Source: a bacterium
GTDB lineage: Bacteria; Zhuqueibacterota; Zhuqueibacteria; Residuimicrobiales; Krinioviventaceae
DNA length: 64,000 bases
Reading direction: 5' to 3'
Assembly (NCBI GenBank): GCA_963674595.2
Contig: CAXXFV010000029.1
Coordinates: 96,001 to 160,000, forward strand
In this document: positions 1-9,962 of the stretch, piece after piece
How positions within the stretch are numbered: the first letter of the stretch is position 1
Layout: every line of letters begins with the position of its first letter
Notes under the pieces: generated by a model
Database searches by the model: none
What the model saw: only the letters and a program-made list of their open reading frames with translations
What the model was told of the DNA's origin: nothing
Made by a program: the position numbers and the translations under genes

Positions 1-406
1 GCGTAATTGCTTTTTTTAATGAATCATTATTTAATATAGTGTTATATTCCGGAAAAAAATCAAGCATACGCTCATTAACCCCTTTTATTTTCCCCTGGTC
101 TATGGCAATTCCAATTAAAGCGGATGTGAATGTTTTTGAAATAGAATAAATGTGATGCTTGCGATTTCTGTCATACTCTTTATAATATTTTTCAAAAACA
201 AGGTGTCCGTTGCGTACAACCAGTACACTGTGAACATCGCCGTAATTATTATCGAGTATTGCCGAGTCCAGTTGTGCAAGTACCCCGGCATTTATATTTT
301 GTTCTTCAGGATTTGAAACAGGAAACGGCATATCACTTTTGGTACTATTATTTTGGCAATGAAGTGATAATGCAATCAAGATCGATAATACATACATAAT
401 TCTCAT
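1..406 (-). CDS. Serine hydrolase / beta-lactamase (class C-like) family lipoprotein, 5' part (runs off window start)
   Basis: Not in the ORF track; translated by hand. ATG at 406 after GGAG gives MRIMYVLSILIALSLHCQ...HSVLVVRNGHLVFEKYY...HHIYSISKTFTSALIGIAIDQGKI, with an SxxK motif and lipobox-like Cys. Confidence 0.85.
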   Translation of the reverse strand, partial: MRIMYVLSILIALSLHCQNNSTKSDMPFPVSNPEEQNINAGVLAQLDSAILDNNYGDVHSVLVVRNGHLVFEKYYKEYDRNRKHHIYSISKTFTSALIGIAIDQGKIKGVNERMLDFFPEYNTILNNDSLKKAIT

Positions 407-488
407 ACAGACTCCTTGTTTTCAGCTAGCATGGTTTTCTTAATTAAAATTTTTGATTGTTCAAGGATTAATACCTTAATGGCGGTAA

Positions 489-585
489 ATCAGCTAAATG
501 ACATCAGGAGTTCCCCTGCTCAACCTGAATAACAATCTTTTGAGGCTGACAGCATAACGATACAGACTTTTCTAAACTAGTGCAA
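489..585 (-). ncRNA. Promoter + hairpin element, copy A (candidate ncRNA/5' leader)
   Basis: -35 TTGCAC (580-585), 17 bp, -10 TATCGT (557-562), then GTCAGC..AAAAGAT..TCAGG-loop-CCTGA.GTCATTT.GCTGAT hairpin (550-489). Homologous to copies at 754 and 9139. Confidence 0.55.
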
Positions 586-642
586 GTATTTTTTGAGAAA
601 TATTCTGGATGTTTTAAGAGGCGTCATCCTGTGCGGCTCCAA

Positions 643-723
643 AGCGGACGCTGAGCGGAGTCGAAGGATTGATCATTCCGGGATTCTACCCCGGTACGGA
701 TTAAAAAGAGGGCTTGGCCCTCC
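643..723 (+). repeat. REP-like modules: AGCGGACGCTGAGCGGAGTCGAAG plus twin-hairpin TGATC..CCGGG..CCCCGG..GAGGGCTTGGCCCTCC
   Basis: First module recurs at ~13314, 15395, 20478, 22589, 25239, 28489. Second recurs at 13111, 14236 and 28103(-). Confidence 0.8.
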
Positions 724-753
724 ATAAAAACCCTCATTTTCCTTATAAAACAC

Positions 754-990
754 TTGCGCCAATTCCATAGAATTTGTATTATTCGTTTATCAGCCATAAA
801 GGACTGTTTTCAGGACAATTGGTCGCGCACGGGAGTTCCTGATGTCCTTTTGCTGATTTACCAGCTTTTTCTTTAATATGGGATTCAAAAGCGCACACGA
901 TAAAGAGATTGCGTCGGTCACAAAATCACGTTCCTGTTATTTCACGGTCGATATTATTGGATGTATGTGGTTTGTCGTTAATAAATTGGA
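754..990 (+). ncRNA. Promoter + hairpin element, copy B, with 3' extension shared with copy C
   Basis: -35 TTGCGC 754-759, 17 bp, TG-TATTAT 777-782. Hairpin 789-857 (ATCAGC/GCTGAT, AAAGGAC/GTCCTTT, TCAGG/CCTGA). 878-964 is ~82% identical to 9251-9337. Confidence 0.55.
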
Positions 991-1163
991 AAATTTATTA
1001 CAGGGAAATCAGCTATCTATTCGTTGTTGTATAACATATATTTGGACAAATTATTTTGAAATCTATCACAAGTTATCAAACTCTTTCAACACTATATTAG
1101 GCATAATAATATTATAATTAATTGTTCCACTCTTTTGAATAGTTTTTTAATATTAAAGGAGGA

Positions 1164-3482
1164 ATGATGAATTTTATAACTTTCTCTAAAACAAATAGGA
1201 TAAAGAAATTTATATTTTGTTTTTCTGCCTACATATTTTTATTTCTCACAAATTCTATAATATCACAAACTATTGAACCAATAAATGAAAGTTTTATGTA
1301 TGGGGAATATGACAATGTTAAAGTAGTAGGAACGAAATTATATTCTACAAATGGTTATGGTTTAAAGATATTTGATATTTCTTCTCCAGATACTCTTATT
1401 CCAATTAGTAATTTTAGAACCGAAGGTATATCTAAAAGACTTTCCAATATAGGGAATAATTATATTGTACTTTCTAATGAAATTGAGGGATCAAAAGGTA
1501 TAGAAATTATTGATGTTCAAAATCCAATAAATCCAAAGGGAGTATGGAGTTATGAGATTCAATGTTATGATCATATTGTAAGAGAAAACAGACTTTATGC
1601 TGCTTGTGAGGGGAGTATAAAAATATTTGATATTAACGATCCAACAAATCCCATATTAATATCAAGCTTTATTCTAAAATCGGCAAGACGCATTTGTTTA
1701 AATGATAATATGTTATACGCTATAATTCCCAATCAGCTATTTGTTATCAATATTAGTGACGAAATTAATCCTGTGACTGTTGGAAGATTGATATTGGATT
1801 ATAATGGTGAAATTAGATATTTAACTTATAATAATTTCCGTCTTTATACTAACAAAAATTATGACATTAGTATAAGTATTAGTGTGTACAATCCATCAAA
1901 TCCTTACATTATAAATGAATTAGATTTGGGTCCTATAGAGATTAGGGACTTTAAATTTTCAAATGATTATTTTTATACGATTGGCAGAATTTCTAATCAA
2001 GTTTATCCTTATCAGGGAATCCTGAAGATTGGTTCAATCAGCAATACAGATCATCCACAAGTTATTGCAGAATATGAATTACCACGTTGGACTGATTTTA
2101 AAGCAATCGATATCAATAATGATTACGCTTACGTTTCTCTTAGTGGTTCAGGTATTCAAGTGATCGACTGTTCGAATCTTGAGCAACCGACTGAAATTTC
2201 ATGGTGGACAGAATCGATTACTCCTGTTATGGATATTTCTTTGGGTGATAATTATGCAATAACAGCTTGTAGTTATGGTATTAAAATTTATGATCTCTCA
2301 ACTCCGCAAAATCCAAGTTTAGTTAGTTCTTTGTACGGTGTGGGATATTATGAATTGTTTTATAGTGAATTAGTAGTTACAAAAATTTTTATAATTAATA
2401 AAAACTCTGCGCTTGCAATTCAACCATATATTGATAATGTGTCACAACTTGTTTTGGATGCTGTTTTAATTGAAACTTCTGACCTTGCTAACCCTGTTGT
2501 TGTTGGCGCACTAGAACACACCGCTGGTTCAAGAGATTTTTTCGTAAATGGAGATTTTTTATATTGTGTCGGTGAGGATTGTGGTTTTACAATCTATAAT
2601 ATTTCTGATCCTTTTTCCCCAAAATTAATTTTGAATACATTTGAAAGTAATTTTCATGGTTGGGGGGTTTCTGTTGTTGGTAAATATGCATACATTACTG
2701 TATCCCATTATATGGGTTATAATAGAGGTCTCTATATTTTTGATATTTCTGACCCAGATAACTTAATAGAAATTGGTCATTGCAAGATGCGGCATGGTGA
2801 CATTGAAATTAAAGAAGATTTTGCTTTTATCGTGACGGATTACTCAGATTTGTACTTTACTAAGTCGGGTGTATTTTTACAAGTTGTTAGTATTACAGAT
2901 CCTTCTAATCCATATCTCATAAAAACAGTTGAAATAGATGATAAATATAAAGAGTATCGTCAATTAAAAATAACAATTAAAGGTAATTATGCATATATCT
3001 CTATGGATGAATTAGGTTTTAAGATAGTTGATATTTCAGACCCACATAATCCGAATATAGTTGCAAAATATGATACCCCTGGATATACTTTAGGGCTTGA
3101 TATTAATAATGATTATATATACACAGCAGATTATTATGATTTAGGAGTATATAAATTTGAACCAGCGGCCGGAGTATCAACTCCTATGAATTCCTTTATT
3201 CCAGATAAATTCTATCTATCTCAAAATTATCCTAATCCTTTTAATCCGACAACTAAAATCCAATATCAATTACCTGAAGCTTGTCATACGAGTGTTAAAA
3301 TCTATAATATTTACGGACAAGAAATAAAAGCTCTTGTTGATCAGAATCAACAATCAGGTATTTATTCTATAGTTTGGGATGGAAAAAATAATGAAGGTAT
3401 GGATGTAAGCTCTGGTTGTTATATTTATACAATACAAGCTGGTGATTTTCGTGCATCGAAAAAAGCTATATTTTTGCATTAA
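1164..3482 (+). CDS. LVIVD-repeat beta-propeller protein with C-terminal FlgD-Ig/T9SS-type sorting domain
   Basis: Many G(L/I)xI(F/Y)DISDPxNP repeats, signal peptide, C-terminal LSQNYPNPFNPTT...WDGKN...SSGCYIY, RBS AAGGAGG. Very AT-rich. Confidence 0.85.
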   Translation: MMNFITFSKTNRIKKFIFCFSAYIFLFLTNSIISQTIEPINESFMYGEYDNVKVVGTKLYSTNGYGLKIFDISSPDTLIPISNFRTEGISKRLSNIGNNYIVLSNEIEGSKGIEIIDVQNPINPKGVWSYEIQCYDHIVRENRLYAACEGSIKIFDINDPTNPILISSFILKSARRICLNDNMLYAIIPNQLFVINISDEINPVTVGRLILDYNGEIRYLTYNNFRLYTNKNYDISISISVYNPSNPYIINELDLGPIEIRDFKFSNDYFYTIGRISNQVYPYQGILKIGSISNTDHPQVIAEYELPRWTDFKAIDINNDYAYVSLSGSGIQVIDCSNLEQPTEISWWTESITPVMDISLGDNYAITACSYGIKIYDLSTPQNPSLVSSLYGVGYYELFYSELVVTKIFIINKNSALAIQPYIDNVSQLVLDAVLIETSDLANPVVVGALEHTAGSRDFFVNGDFLYCVGEDCGFTIYNISDPFSPKLILNTFESNFHGWGVSVVGKYAYITVSHYMGYNRGLYIFDISDPDNLIEIGHCKMRHGDIEIKEDFAFIVTDYSDLYFTKSGVFLQVVSITDPSNPYLIKTVEIDDKYKEYRQLKITIKGNYAYISMDELGFKIVDISDPHNPNIVAKYDTPGYTLGLDINNDYIYTADYYDLGVYKFEPAAGVSTPMNSFIPDKFYLSQNYPNPFNPTTKIQYQLPEACHTSVKIYNIYGQEIKALVDQNQQSGIYSIVWDGKNNEGMDVSSGCYIYTIQAGDFRASKKAIFLH

Positions 3483-3540
3483 TAAAATATAAAATTTAAT
3501 ATCATTAAGTATATGATTCTTTACTAGTCGTTTGCTCCAT

Positions 3541-3669
3541 CGGGAAATCTTCATAGGGGCGGAATTAGGCGGGATAATTACCCAGATAAACGAAAGGTTT
3601 AATGTTGTAAATATTAATATGGGTCCATTATTTAAGAATTGAACAGGGTATATGCCCTGGTTTATTAAA
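3541..3669 (+). repeat. Diverged copy of ~150 bp dispersed element
   Basis: Aligns with 11903-12030 and, on the minus strand, with 20202-20335 and 22308-22445. Confidence 0.7.
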
Positions 3670-3805
3670 TCTCAGAGAATACCCCGGTTCCGCTCGGGAT
3701 GACGTGTAGATGGATTAAAAGCGGTGTTACCCTGAAGCGAAGACAAAGAGTGCCTGGATTCCTGCTTTCCCCCAAATAACAGGCTTCGATCTATATTGAT
3801 ATTAT

Positions 3806-3834
3806 AAAAAAGGCCGGTCAAATAACCGGCCTTT
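3806..3834 (-). terminator. Intrinsic terminator after GH78
   Basis: AAAAAAGGCCGGT-caaata-ACCGGCCTTT hairpin with A/T tails, a few bp past the stop. Confidence 0.75.
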
Positions 3835-3837
3835 GTC

Positions 3838-6800
3838 TTATCTCACACTAAACTCAAAAGTCCCGGATGTCAGCTTCAAATGCGTATACGCCGGGGTTTG
3901 CCCTGCCAGTGTTATTCCTTCCGCAGTGCCCGCCATTTGACCGTTTTCGATGATTTTTTCTCCCGATTCAAATATAACGGGTTTTTCTGTGCCGATATGC
4001 GGCATATAAAAATCCGAGGTGGTGTTGGCCGGAATCACCAGAAAAATCTGAAATCCCTTGTCCTTGTTCTCCCAGGAAATTTTCACATCGCCGTATCCGG
4101 TAGCCAGACTGTAATTGACATAATCCAACCCTTTTACCGGATAGGGCCTGATAATGGAGTTTTTAAATCCCGGTTTATCGGCATCCGGTTTCAGTCCGGC
4201 CAGGTATCCGTAAAACCATTCACCGACAGACCCCAGGGCAAAATGGTTGCGGGAGTTCATACTCGGACCTTCGGTGTCGCTGTTCCACAACTCCCAGATG
4301 GTGGTGGCGCCCTTTTCAACCATATATCCCCAGGAGGGATAGGTGTGCTGGTCGGCAACTTTATAGGCCAGCGCATTGTGACCGTAATCGCTCAGCATGG
4401 GCAGCAAATAGGCGGTCCCTAAAAATCCGGTTGTGAGATGGTTGTCGTGCTTTTTCACGTTATCAACCAGACTGTTAACCACGGCCGCTGTTTCCTGTTC
4501 CGGGGTAATGCCGAATGCCAAAGGCAGCAACTGCGCGGCCTGGGTTTCTCCTTCATAATATCCGGTGGATTTGTTGTAATATTTTTCCTGAAAAGCTTTT
4601 TGGATTTTTTCCGCCAGGGCGTGTAATTCCTGCGCCTCTTGTTTTCTGTCGATAATGTCGGCCATGTGCGCGAGGAGTTTGGTGCTGTAATAAAAATAGG
4701 CCGCGCCGATGGGTTTGGACGGCGATTTTTCAACAGCAATCCAGTCGCCGTAACCCTCCCGGTCATAAATATAATTTTTGCTGTTGTTTTGCATGTATTT
4801 GATCCAGTTATACATGCCGTCAAACTGCTCTTCTATAATACGTTTGTCGCCGTAAAAGCGGTAAATCGTCCAGGGGATGGTGACAACCGCATCACCCCAG
4901 CCCGGTTTGGCCGGTCCTTTAACAGCCAGCGTGGGACTGACATTGTGCACGGCGCCGTCCTCGTCCTGACAATCGGTAATGTCCCGCTGCCATTTTGTAA
5001 AAAAGAGGGCCATGTTGCGGTTATAACAGGCCGTGGGCGCAAATATCTGCGCATCACCCATCCAGCCCAGGCGTTCGTCGCGCTGGGGACAGTCGGTGGG
5101 AACGCTGTGCAGGTTGCCGATCAGGCCCCAGTTGATGTTATGGTGGATGGCATTTATCAGGTCATTGGAACAGGAAAAATCCCCGCTCTGCGGCGCATTG
5201 GAATGCAGCACCATGCCGGTAATCATGTCCTTGTTTGGTTTTTCCGAAATACCGGTCACTTCCACATAACGAAATCCGCGATAGGTAAAATGGGGCATCC
5301 AGGTTTCGGTGCCTGTGCCTTTTAATGTATAAAAATCTGTTGTGCGGGCGTTGCGCAGATTGTCCCGGTACAGTGTACCGTCCGGTTTGAGCAGTTCGGC
5401 AAAACGCAGTTTAACCTGATCACCGGCTTTGCCTTTTACTTTCAGTTCTGCAAATCCCACCATATTTTGACCCATGTCAAATATATAAACACCGGGTTTG
5501 GGTTCGGATATGGAAACCGGCTTGAGCTGATTGGTAATCTGGATGGTCTGCGTCTGTTGACAAACGCGTTTGGCGCCGTTGTCCGGATAAACCGTTGCCG
5601 CTTCCCAGGACGCGTCGTCAAAACCGCCCTTGTCCCAGTCTTTTTGCTCCATACGCGCGTCATATACTTCGCCGTGGTAGACCGTGTTTTCAAGAATGGG
5701 AGAATTTGTAACGCGCCAGGTTTCATCCGTAACAACGGTCTTTTTGGTGCCGTCGGCAAACTCTATTTCAGCCTGCATTAAAAACCGCAGCGGGCCTTCG
5801 CTGTAAATGGCGGCATTGCGTCCGCCCATACCGCTGCTCCACCACATGTTGCCGAGCAGCGCGCCGAATGCGTTTTCGCCTTTTTTGAGAACAGACGTAA
5901 TATCATAGGTCTGGTATTGTATTTTTTGGGGATAATCGGTCCAGCCGGGGGTAAACAGATCGCTGCCGATACGCTGACCGTTTATATAAAGAATATAAGA
6001 ACCGAGTCCGGTCACATAGACACGGGCGCGGGCAATTTTTTTGTCCAGATGTGTTGATTTTCGCACCATGGTTGAACGGGCCGGGGTATGGTGGCCTTCG
6101 AGTACACCCCATTCCGGACCGCCGTAGGGTTCCAGAACTTTAACGGACTGCCAGTTGGTTGTCCGGGTCTGCCAGTCCTGCGATGATGTGGAACATAACC
6201 AGGAACCGTCCGTGTTAACAGCCGATTCTGTGCCGTCGTTATGGGTTATTTTGGCGCTAAAAATCAATCCGCAAATATCACCGGCTGTGTTGGCTGCCTG
6301 AATGGCTATTTTGTTTTCCCCGGATACCAGTTTATCGGTAATATCAAATTCATAAATTTTTGCCCAATGCTTGCCCGAACCGATTTCCCGGCCGTTTATG
6401 TAAAGAGTGAATTTATTGTCCGCTGTTACTTTAACAACAGCCATTTGCACCTGTTTATCCAGGCTAAACGTTTTTTGATAATAAACGGGCGTGTTAATGC
6501 CGATTTCTGTGGGGTGCCAAATCCAGAATCCCCAGGGCCATTTTTTTATTTCCGGTTTGGGCTGCTGTTTTGCACCGACCCACTTTGCCTGCCAGTCATC
6601 AGGGTCCAGCAGACCCGTTTCCCAGCACGCCGGGGCGCTGAATGACAGGGGCTGTCCCTTTTCGTCCCATATTTTTACCTTCCAGAAATATTTTTTCCCG
6701 GAACGCAGTTTTTTGCCTTTACAGGGAACATGCACCGACTGGTCTGATTCGACTTTGCCGCTGTCCCATACATCTCCATCATCGTTTTGCAGTTGCTCCA

Positions 6801-7038
6801 GTGAACCGGCAACGAGAATATGATAAGCGGATTGGCCGCTTCCTCGGTGAACATGAGGCACGTGCCAGGACAGTCTCGGGGAGGGGCTGTCAATTCCCAG
6901 CGGGTCAGTTTGATATTCACATTTCAGTTCATAGGCTTTATCCGGCATTTGTTTTTCCTTTACGCAGCTAGGGTGAAAAAGGCAAAAAATAATTATTAAA
7001 ATACTCGCTGATAAAATTTTGTTGAAAAATCCGGGCAT
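3838..7038 (-). CDS. Alpha-L-rhamnosidase, GH78, probable lipoprotein
   Basis: PTDCPQRDERLGWMGDAQ, GATTIWELW, SRNHFALG and DMGQNMVG motifs. ATG 7038 follows GGAGG. FHPSC lipobox-like. Confidence 0.92.
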   Translation of the reverse strand: MPGFFNKILSASILIIIFCLFHPSCVKEKQMPDKAYELKCEYQTDPLGIDSPSPRLSWHVPHVHRGSGQSAYHILVAGSLEQLQNDDGDVWDSGKVESDQSVHVPCKGKKLRSGKKYFWKVKIWDEKGQPLSFSAPACWETGLLDPDDWQAKWVGAKQQPKPEIKKWPWGFWIWHPTEIGINTPVYYQKTFSLDKQVQMAVVKVTADNKFTLYINGREIGSGKHWAKIYEFDITDKLVSGENKIAIQAANTAGDICGLIFSAKITHNDGTESAVNTDGSWLCSTSSQDWQTRTTNWQSVKVLEPYGGPEWGVLEGHHTPARSTMVRKSTHLDKKIARARVYVTGLGSYILYINGQRIGSDLFTPGWTDYPQKIQYQTYDITSVLKKGENAFGALLGNMWWSSGMGGRNAAIYSEGPLRFLMQAEIEFADGTKKTVVTDETWRVTNSPILENTVYHGEVYDARMEQKDWDKGGFDDASWEAATVYPDNGAKRVCQQTQTIQITNQLKPVSISEPKPGVYIFDMGQNMVGFAELKVKGKAGDQVKLRFAELLKPDGTLYRDNLRNARTTDFYTLKGTGTETWMPHFTYRGFRYVEVTGISEKPNKDMITGMVLHSNAPQSGDFSCSNDLINAIHHNINWGLIGNLHSVPTDCPQRDERLGWMGDAQIFAPTACYNRNMALFFTKWQRDITDCQDEDGAVHNVSPTLAVKGPAKPGWGDAVVTIPWTIYRFYGDKRIIEEQFDGMYNWIKYMQNNSKNYIYDREGYGDWIAVEKSPSKPIGAAYFYYSTKLLAHMADIIDRKQEAQELHALAEKIQKAFQEKYYNKSTGYYEGETQAAQLLPLAFGITPEQETAAVVNSLVDNVKKHDNHLTTGFLGTAYLLPMLSDYGHNALAYKVADQHTYPSWGYMVEKGATTIWELWNSDTEGPSMNSRNHFALGSVGEWFYGYLAGLKPDADKPGFKNSIIRPYPVKGLDYVNYSLATGYGDVKISWENKDKGFQIFLVIPANTTSDFYMPHIGTEKPVIFESGEKIIENGQMAGTAEGITLAGQTPAYTHLKLTSGTFEFSVR

Positions 7039-7228
7039 TTTTTCCTCCTGCACTTTTTTATTAAAAACGAATCCAACAAATTTTCAATGGTATTTAAACA
7101 ATGGTTCAATGTGAAAGGATATTATATTAAAATTTTATGTAATGGAATAAACCTCCATGTTAATTTTTTTCTGCAATTCTTTATGTGAAAAATTTAAGTA
7201 ATCCTGTTTATTATTCCGGTTCTTCTTA

Positions 7229-7378
7229 AACGCAGAGCCGCAAAGGTCGCAGAGGAATAACCAAGTCATCTGGATTCCTGCTTTCGCAGGAATGACGTAT
7301 CACGATTATTTGAACTGAATCAAATGAATGTATCATTATCTATTTTTTCTTTGTGTTCCTTTGTGTGCTTTGTGGTTC
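7229..7378. repeat. REP cluster (AACGCAGAGCCGCAAAGG; CTGGATTCCTGCTTTCGCAGGAATGAC; CTTTGTG iterations)
   Basis: Modules recur at 8717, 8973, 13261, 27594, 27826 / 3754, 17435 / 15527, 17270-17400, 18370, 27883. Confidence 0.75.
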
Positions 7379-7452
7379 AAAATATAAGGGATTCTACTTT
7401 TTATCTAATCTCATTCAACGTAAAGGTCACAATAATTAAAGCACACACTTTT

Positions 7453-8484
7453 TTATAACGGCAAAGAAACCGTTTTACCGGTCTTAATACTGTCCATAAC
7501 CGCCTGGGTAAATTCCATATACTTGCAGGCGTCTTCAAATGTTGTGTGTTTGATCATTTCCATACCGCGAATGGCGTTGATAAACTCTTCCTCAACCCGC
7601 CAGACACCGATCATTTCAGGCGGAATTTTTATTTCTTTAAATTTGGCCGTCTTTTTCTGGGCGCCATAAATTCTGTTGCCTGAAAATTTCAAGGTACCAT
7701 TGTCGCCGTAAATACAAACACCGCTTTCCCCGGCCAAACCCGTTACTTTGGAAATATGAAAATGGGCCTGTGCCCCGCATGCCATGTCGGCAATGACGTT
7801 GAGGTGGTCGGGTATTTGAATGGACTGGAGTTCCTCATTTTCGTTTTGCCGGGTTTTCACAAATATTTTCCCCATGGCCGTCACCCGAACCGCCGGTCCC
7901 AGCCAGCGCATGACGGTTTCATACCAGATCCCCAGGGACATGGTGTTGTACCCGCTTTTATTAATATCTTCGCGCCAGGTTATTTTTTGTTCCCTGTTTA
8001 TAAAATCATTGCCGTCATGGACCGTTACCACCAAAGGCGTACCGATATGCCCCTCGGCGAGAATGCGTTTTATCGCATCATCATGGGAAAGAGAAAAGGG
8101 GGCCGGAACGATCTGTGTAACCAGATGCGGTTTTTGCCGGGCCGTATCCCGCATAATCTGCGCTTCTTTGGCGTTCATGGCCATTCGTGCTTCGCACAGG
8201 ACATGCTTGTCCGCATTCAGGGCCGCCATGGTCGCGGGAAAATGCATGTTCGGCCAGGTGCCGATAACCACTGCCTGAATGTCCGGGGAGGCAACAAGCT
8301 CGGACCAATGGTTGAATGCCAGGGGAATTCTCAATGCTCTGGTGGCTTTTTGTGTGGATTCCGGTGTGCTGTTGCAAATCGCCGCTATTTCAACGTTTTT
8401 TATCTTTTTAAATCCGGGGATATGTCTGCTTTTTGTGTTTTCACCTGCACCGATTATGCCGATACGAATCGGTTTTTCTGTCAT
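7453..8484 (-). CDS. Gfo/Idh/MocA family oxidoreductase
   Basis: IGIIGAG Rossmann start; KHVLCEARM variant of the EKP motif. Confidence 0.9.
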   Translation of the reverse strand: MTEKPIRIGIIGAGENTKSRHIPGFKKIKNVEIAAICNSTPESTQKATRALRIPLAFNHWSELVASPDIQAVVIGTWPNMHFPATMAALNADKHVLCEARMAMNAKEAQIMRDTARQKPHLVTQIVPAPFSLSHDDAIKRILAEGHIGTPLVVTVHDGNDFINREQKITWREDINKSGYNTMSLGIWYETVMRWLGPAVRVTAMGKIFVKTRQNENEELQSIQIPDHLNVIADMACGAQAHFHISKVTGLAGESGVCIYGDNGTLKFSGNRIYGAQKKTAKFKEIKIPPEMIGVWRVEEEFINAIRGMEMIKHTTFEDACKYMEFTQAVMDSIKTGKTVSLPL

Positions 8485-8714
8485 GGTTTCACTCCTGTGA
8501 ATAATATAAAATAATCCTGAATCAATAATATAAAAAAGATAATTTTAAATTACAAATTATCTCAGGGATTTTCAAAACCGGTCCTTGTGTATAATGAACG
8601 CTGTTATGAGTGTTAAAAATATAAAAAATTATACATGTAAATTGTGATCTGATTCAAACAAGACCACAAGTAATAAAAAAAATTTTATATGTTCTTTGTG
8701 TGCACTCAAAGAGA

Positions 8715-8996
8715 TTCAACGCAGAACCGCCGAGTTCGCCAAGGTTCGCAGAGGAATACCTGAAAATATCCCGATTCCTGATTTCTATATATATAACAAA
8801 AATGTCATGCCGGAGGCATCTTTCCTGACGTTGAATCGGGTCTTTATTCCGGCAAGATTCATACAGAATGACATGTTTAGATTTGTGTTGAAATGAAAAG
8901 TATTATTCTTTGTGTCCTTAATCTATGCTCCGTGTCCGTTGTGTTAGAAAAATAATCATCAAAAAATGATTCAACGCAGAGCCGCAATGGTCACAG
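8715..8996 (+). repeat. ~250 bp composite repeat containing a 71 bp MITE-like element (8803-8873)
   Basis: Reverse-complement homologue of the tandem units at 27595-28043. TGTCATGCCGGAGGCATCT...AGATTCxTACAGAATGACA imperfect TIRs. Confidence 0.8.
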
Positions 8997-9138
8997 TGTT
9001 CTTTACAAATCCATATCCCCTCTGCGTTCCTCAGCGAGCTCTGAGCCTTTGCGTTTTAAGCGTTTCTGATACGTCGTAATTTTGAGTAATTACCAATCCT
9101 TATAGTAAAGTACCACTCCCATTTTTCTCAAATATCAC

Positions 9139-9362
9139 TTGCGCTCATTTTATAGAATTTGTAATATTCGTTTACAAGCCATAAAGGACTCTTTTTCAGG
9201 TCGAGTTCGGGCGTACCTGATGTCCTTTAGCCGGTTTTCTTTACATTAAAATGGAATTCAAAAGCACATCCGAGAAAGATATTGCATCGGTCACAGAATT
9301 ATATTGCTGTTATTTCACAGTCAATATTATTGTATATGGTGTGCCCGGCAGTCATAAATTTG
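9139..9362 (+). ncRNA. Promoter + hairpin element, copy C
   Basis: TTGCGC 9139-9144, 17 bp, TG-TAATAT 9162-9167. Hairpin 9174-9235 (AAAGGAC/GTCCTTT, TCAGG/CCTGA). Extension homologous to copy B. Confidence 0.55.
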
Positions 9363-9431
9363 AATCTATGGTTTTACAATCCATAGTTAGTTGGCAGGCT
9401 TGTTCAATACTTGATCATCCGGAGAATATCC

Positions 9432-9800
9432 ATGAACTATCATATCGATATTGATAATAAGAATAAGGTTGTTCTGTGTACCTGCAGCGGAGTGCTTGAT
9501 GTGACATCGACAACATTAATGACCAGAGATGTTCGCAAAAGGGCCTTTGATTTGGGTTATGTCTCGCTTTATGACGTAACGAATGTCTCTCTGGATGTTG
9601 GCATTATAGATGCCTATTCCTTCCCGCGAGATATAAAAAAAATATATGAAAAATCCCAGCACCGTTTTGGTAAAGCAGCAGTTGTTTATAAAAACGATGT
9701 AAATTTCTGGAAATTTTTCGAAAACACATCACGAAATACCGGACTGGATATTATGGTCTTTGATGAGAGAGAACAGGCCTTAAAATGGTTGTCTGAATAG
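9432..9800 (+). CDS. Hypothetical protein, STAS/SEC14 (SpoIIAA-like) fold probable
   Basis: ATG 9432 after GGAG. KAAVVY...FFEN...RNTG..IMVFDEREQALKWL C-terminus is typical of this small family. Confidence 0.65.
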   Translation: MNYHIDIDNKNKVVLCTCSGVLDVTSTTLMTRDVRKRAFDLGYVSLYDVTNVSLDVGIIDAYSFPRDIKKIYEKSQHRFGKAAVVYKNDVNFWKFFENTSRNTGLDIMVFDEREQALKWLSE

Positions 9801-9962
9801 TAAATCATCAACCAATTTAATAAACCGGAATTAAAAAACCATGCAAAATAGCTGGCTGGGTCCCAAAAAATGAAAACAGCCGCCAACTCGTTCGGTTTTG
9901 TTATACATAATTATCAAACTCGATCAATTTCAGGTTATACAAAAATAATTGGATAAACAGAT

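Noticed and set aside
836-850. CTGATG as a hammerhead ribozyme core or C/D box
   Set aside because: It reads CUGAUGU rather than CUGAUGA, has no matching GAAA, and CCUGA is paired with UCAGG.
878-1117. Small ORF pair 878-1117 and 9251-9454 with similar N-termini (MGFKSAHDKEIASVT / MEFKSTSEKDIASVT)
   Set aside because: Of 16 differences in the first 29 codons only 2 are synonymous, there is no RBS, and the C-termini are unrelated. The similarity reflects the non-coding element.
8696-8896. ORFs containing MPEASFLTLNRVFIPA (also 27493-27768 and 27932-28159)
   Set aside because: Translations of the 71 bp repeat element with inconsistent starts and stops.
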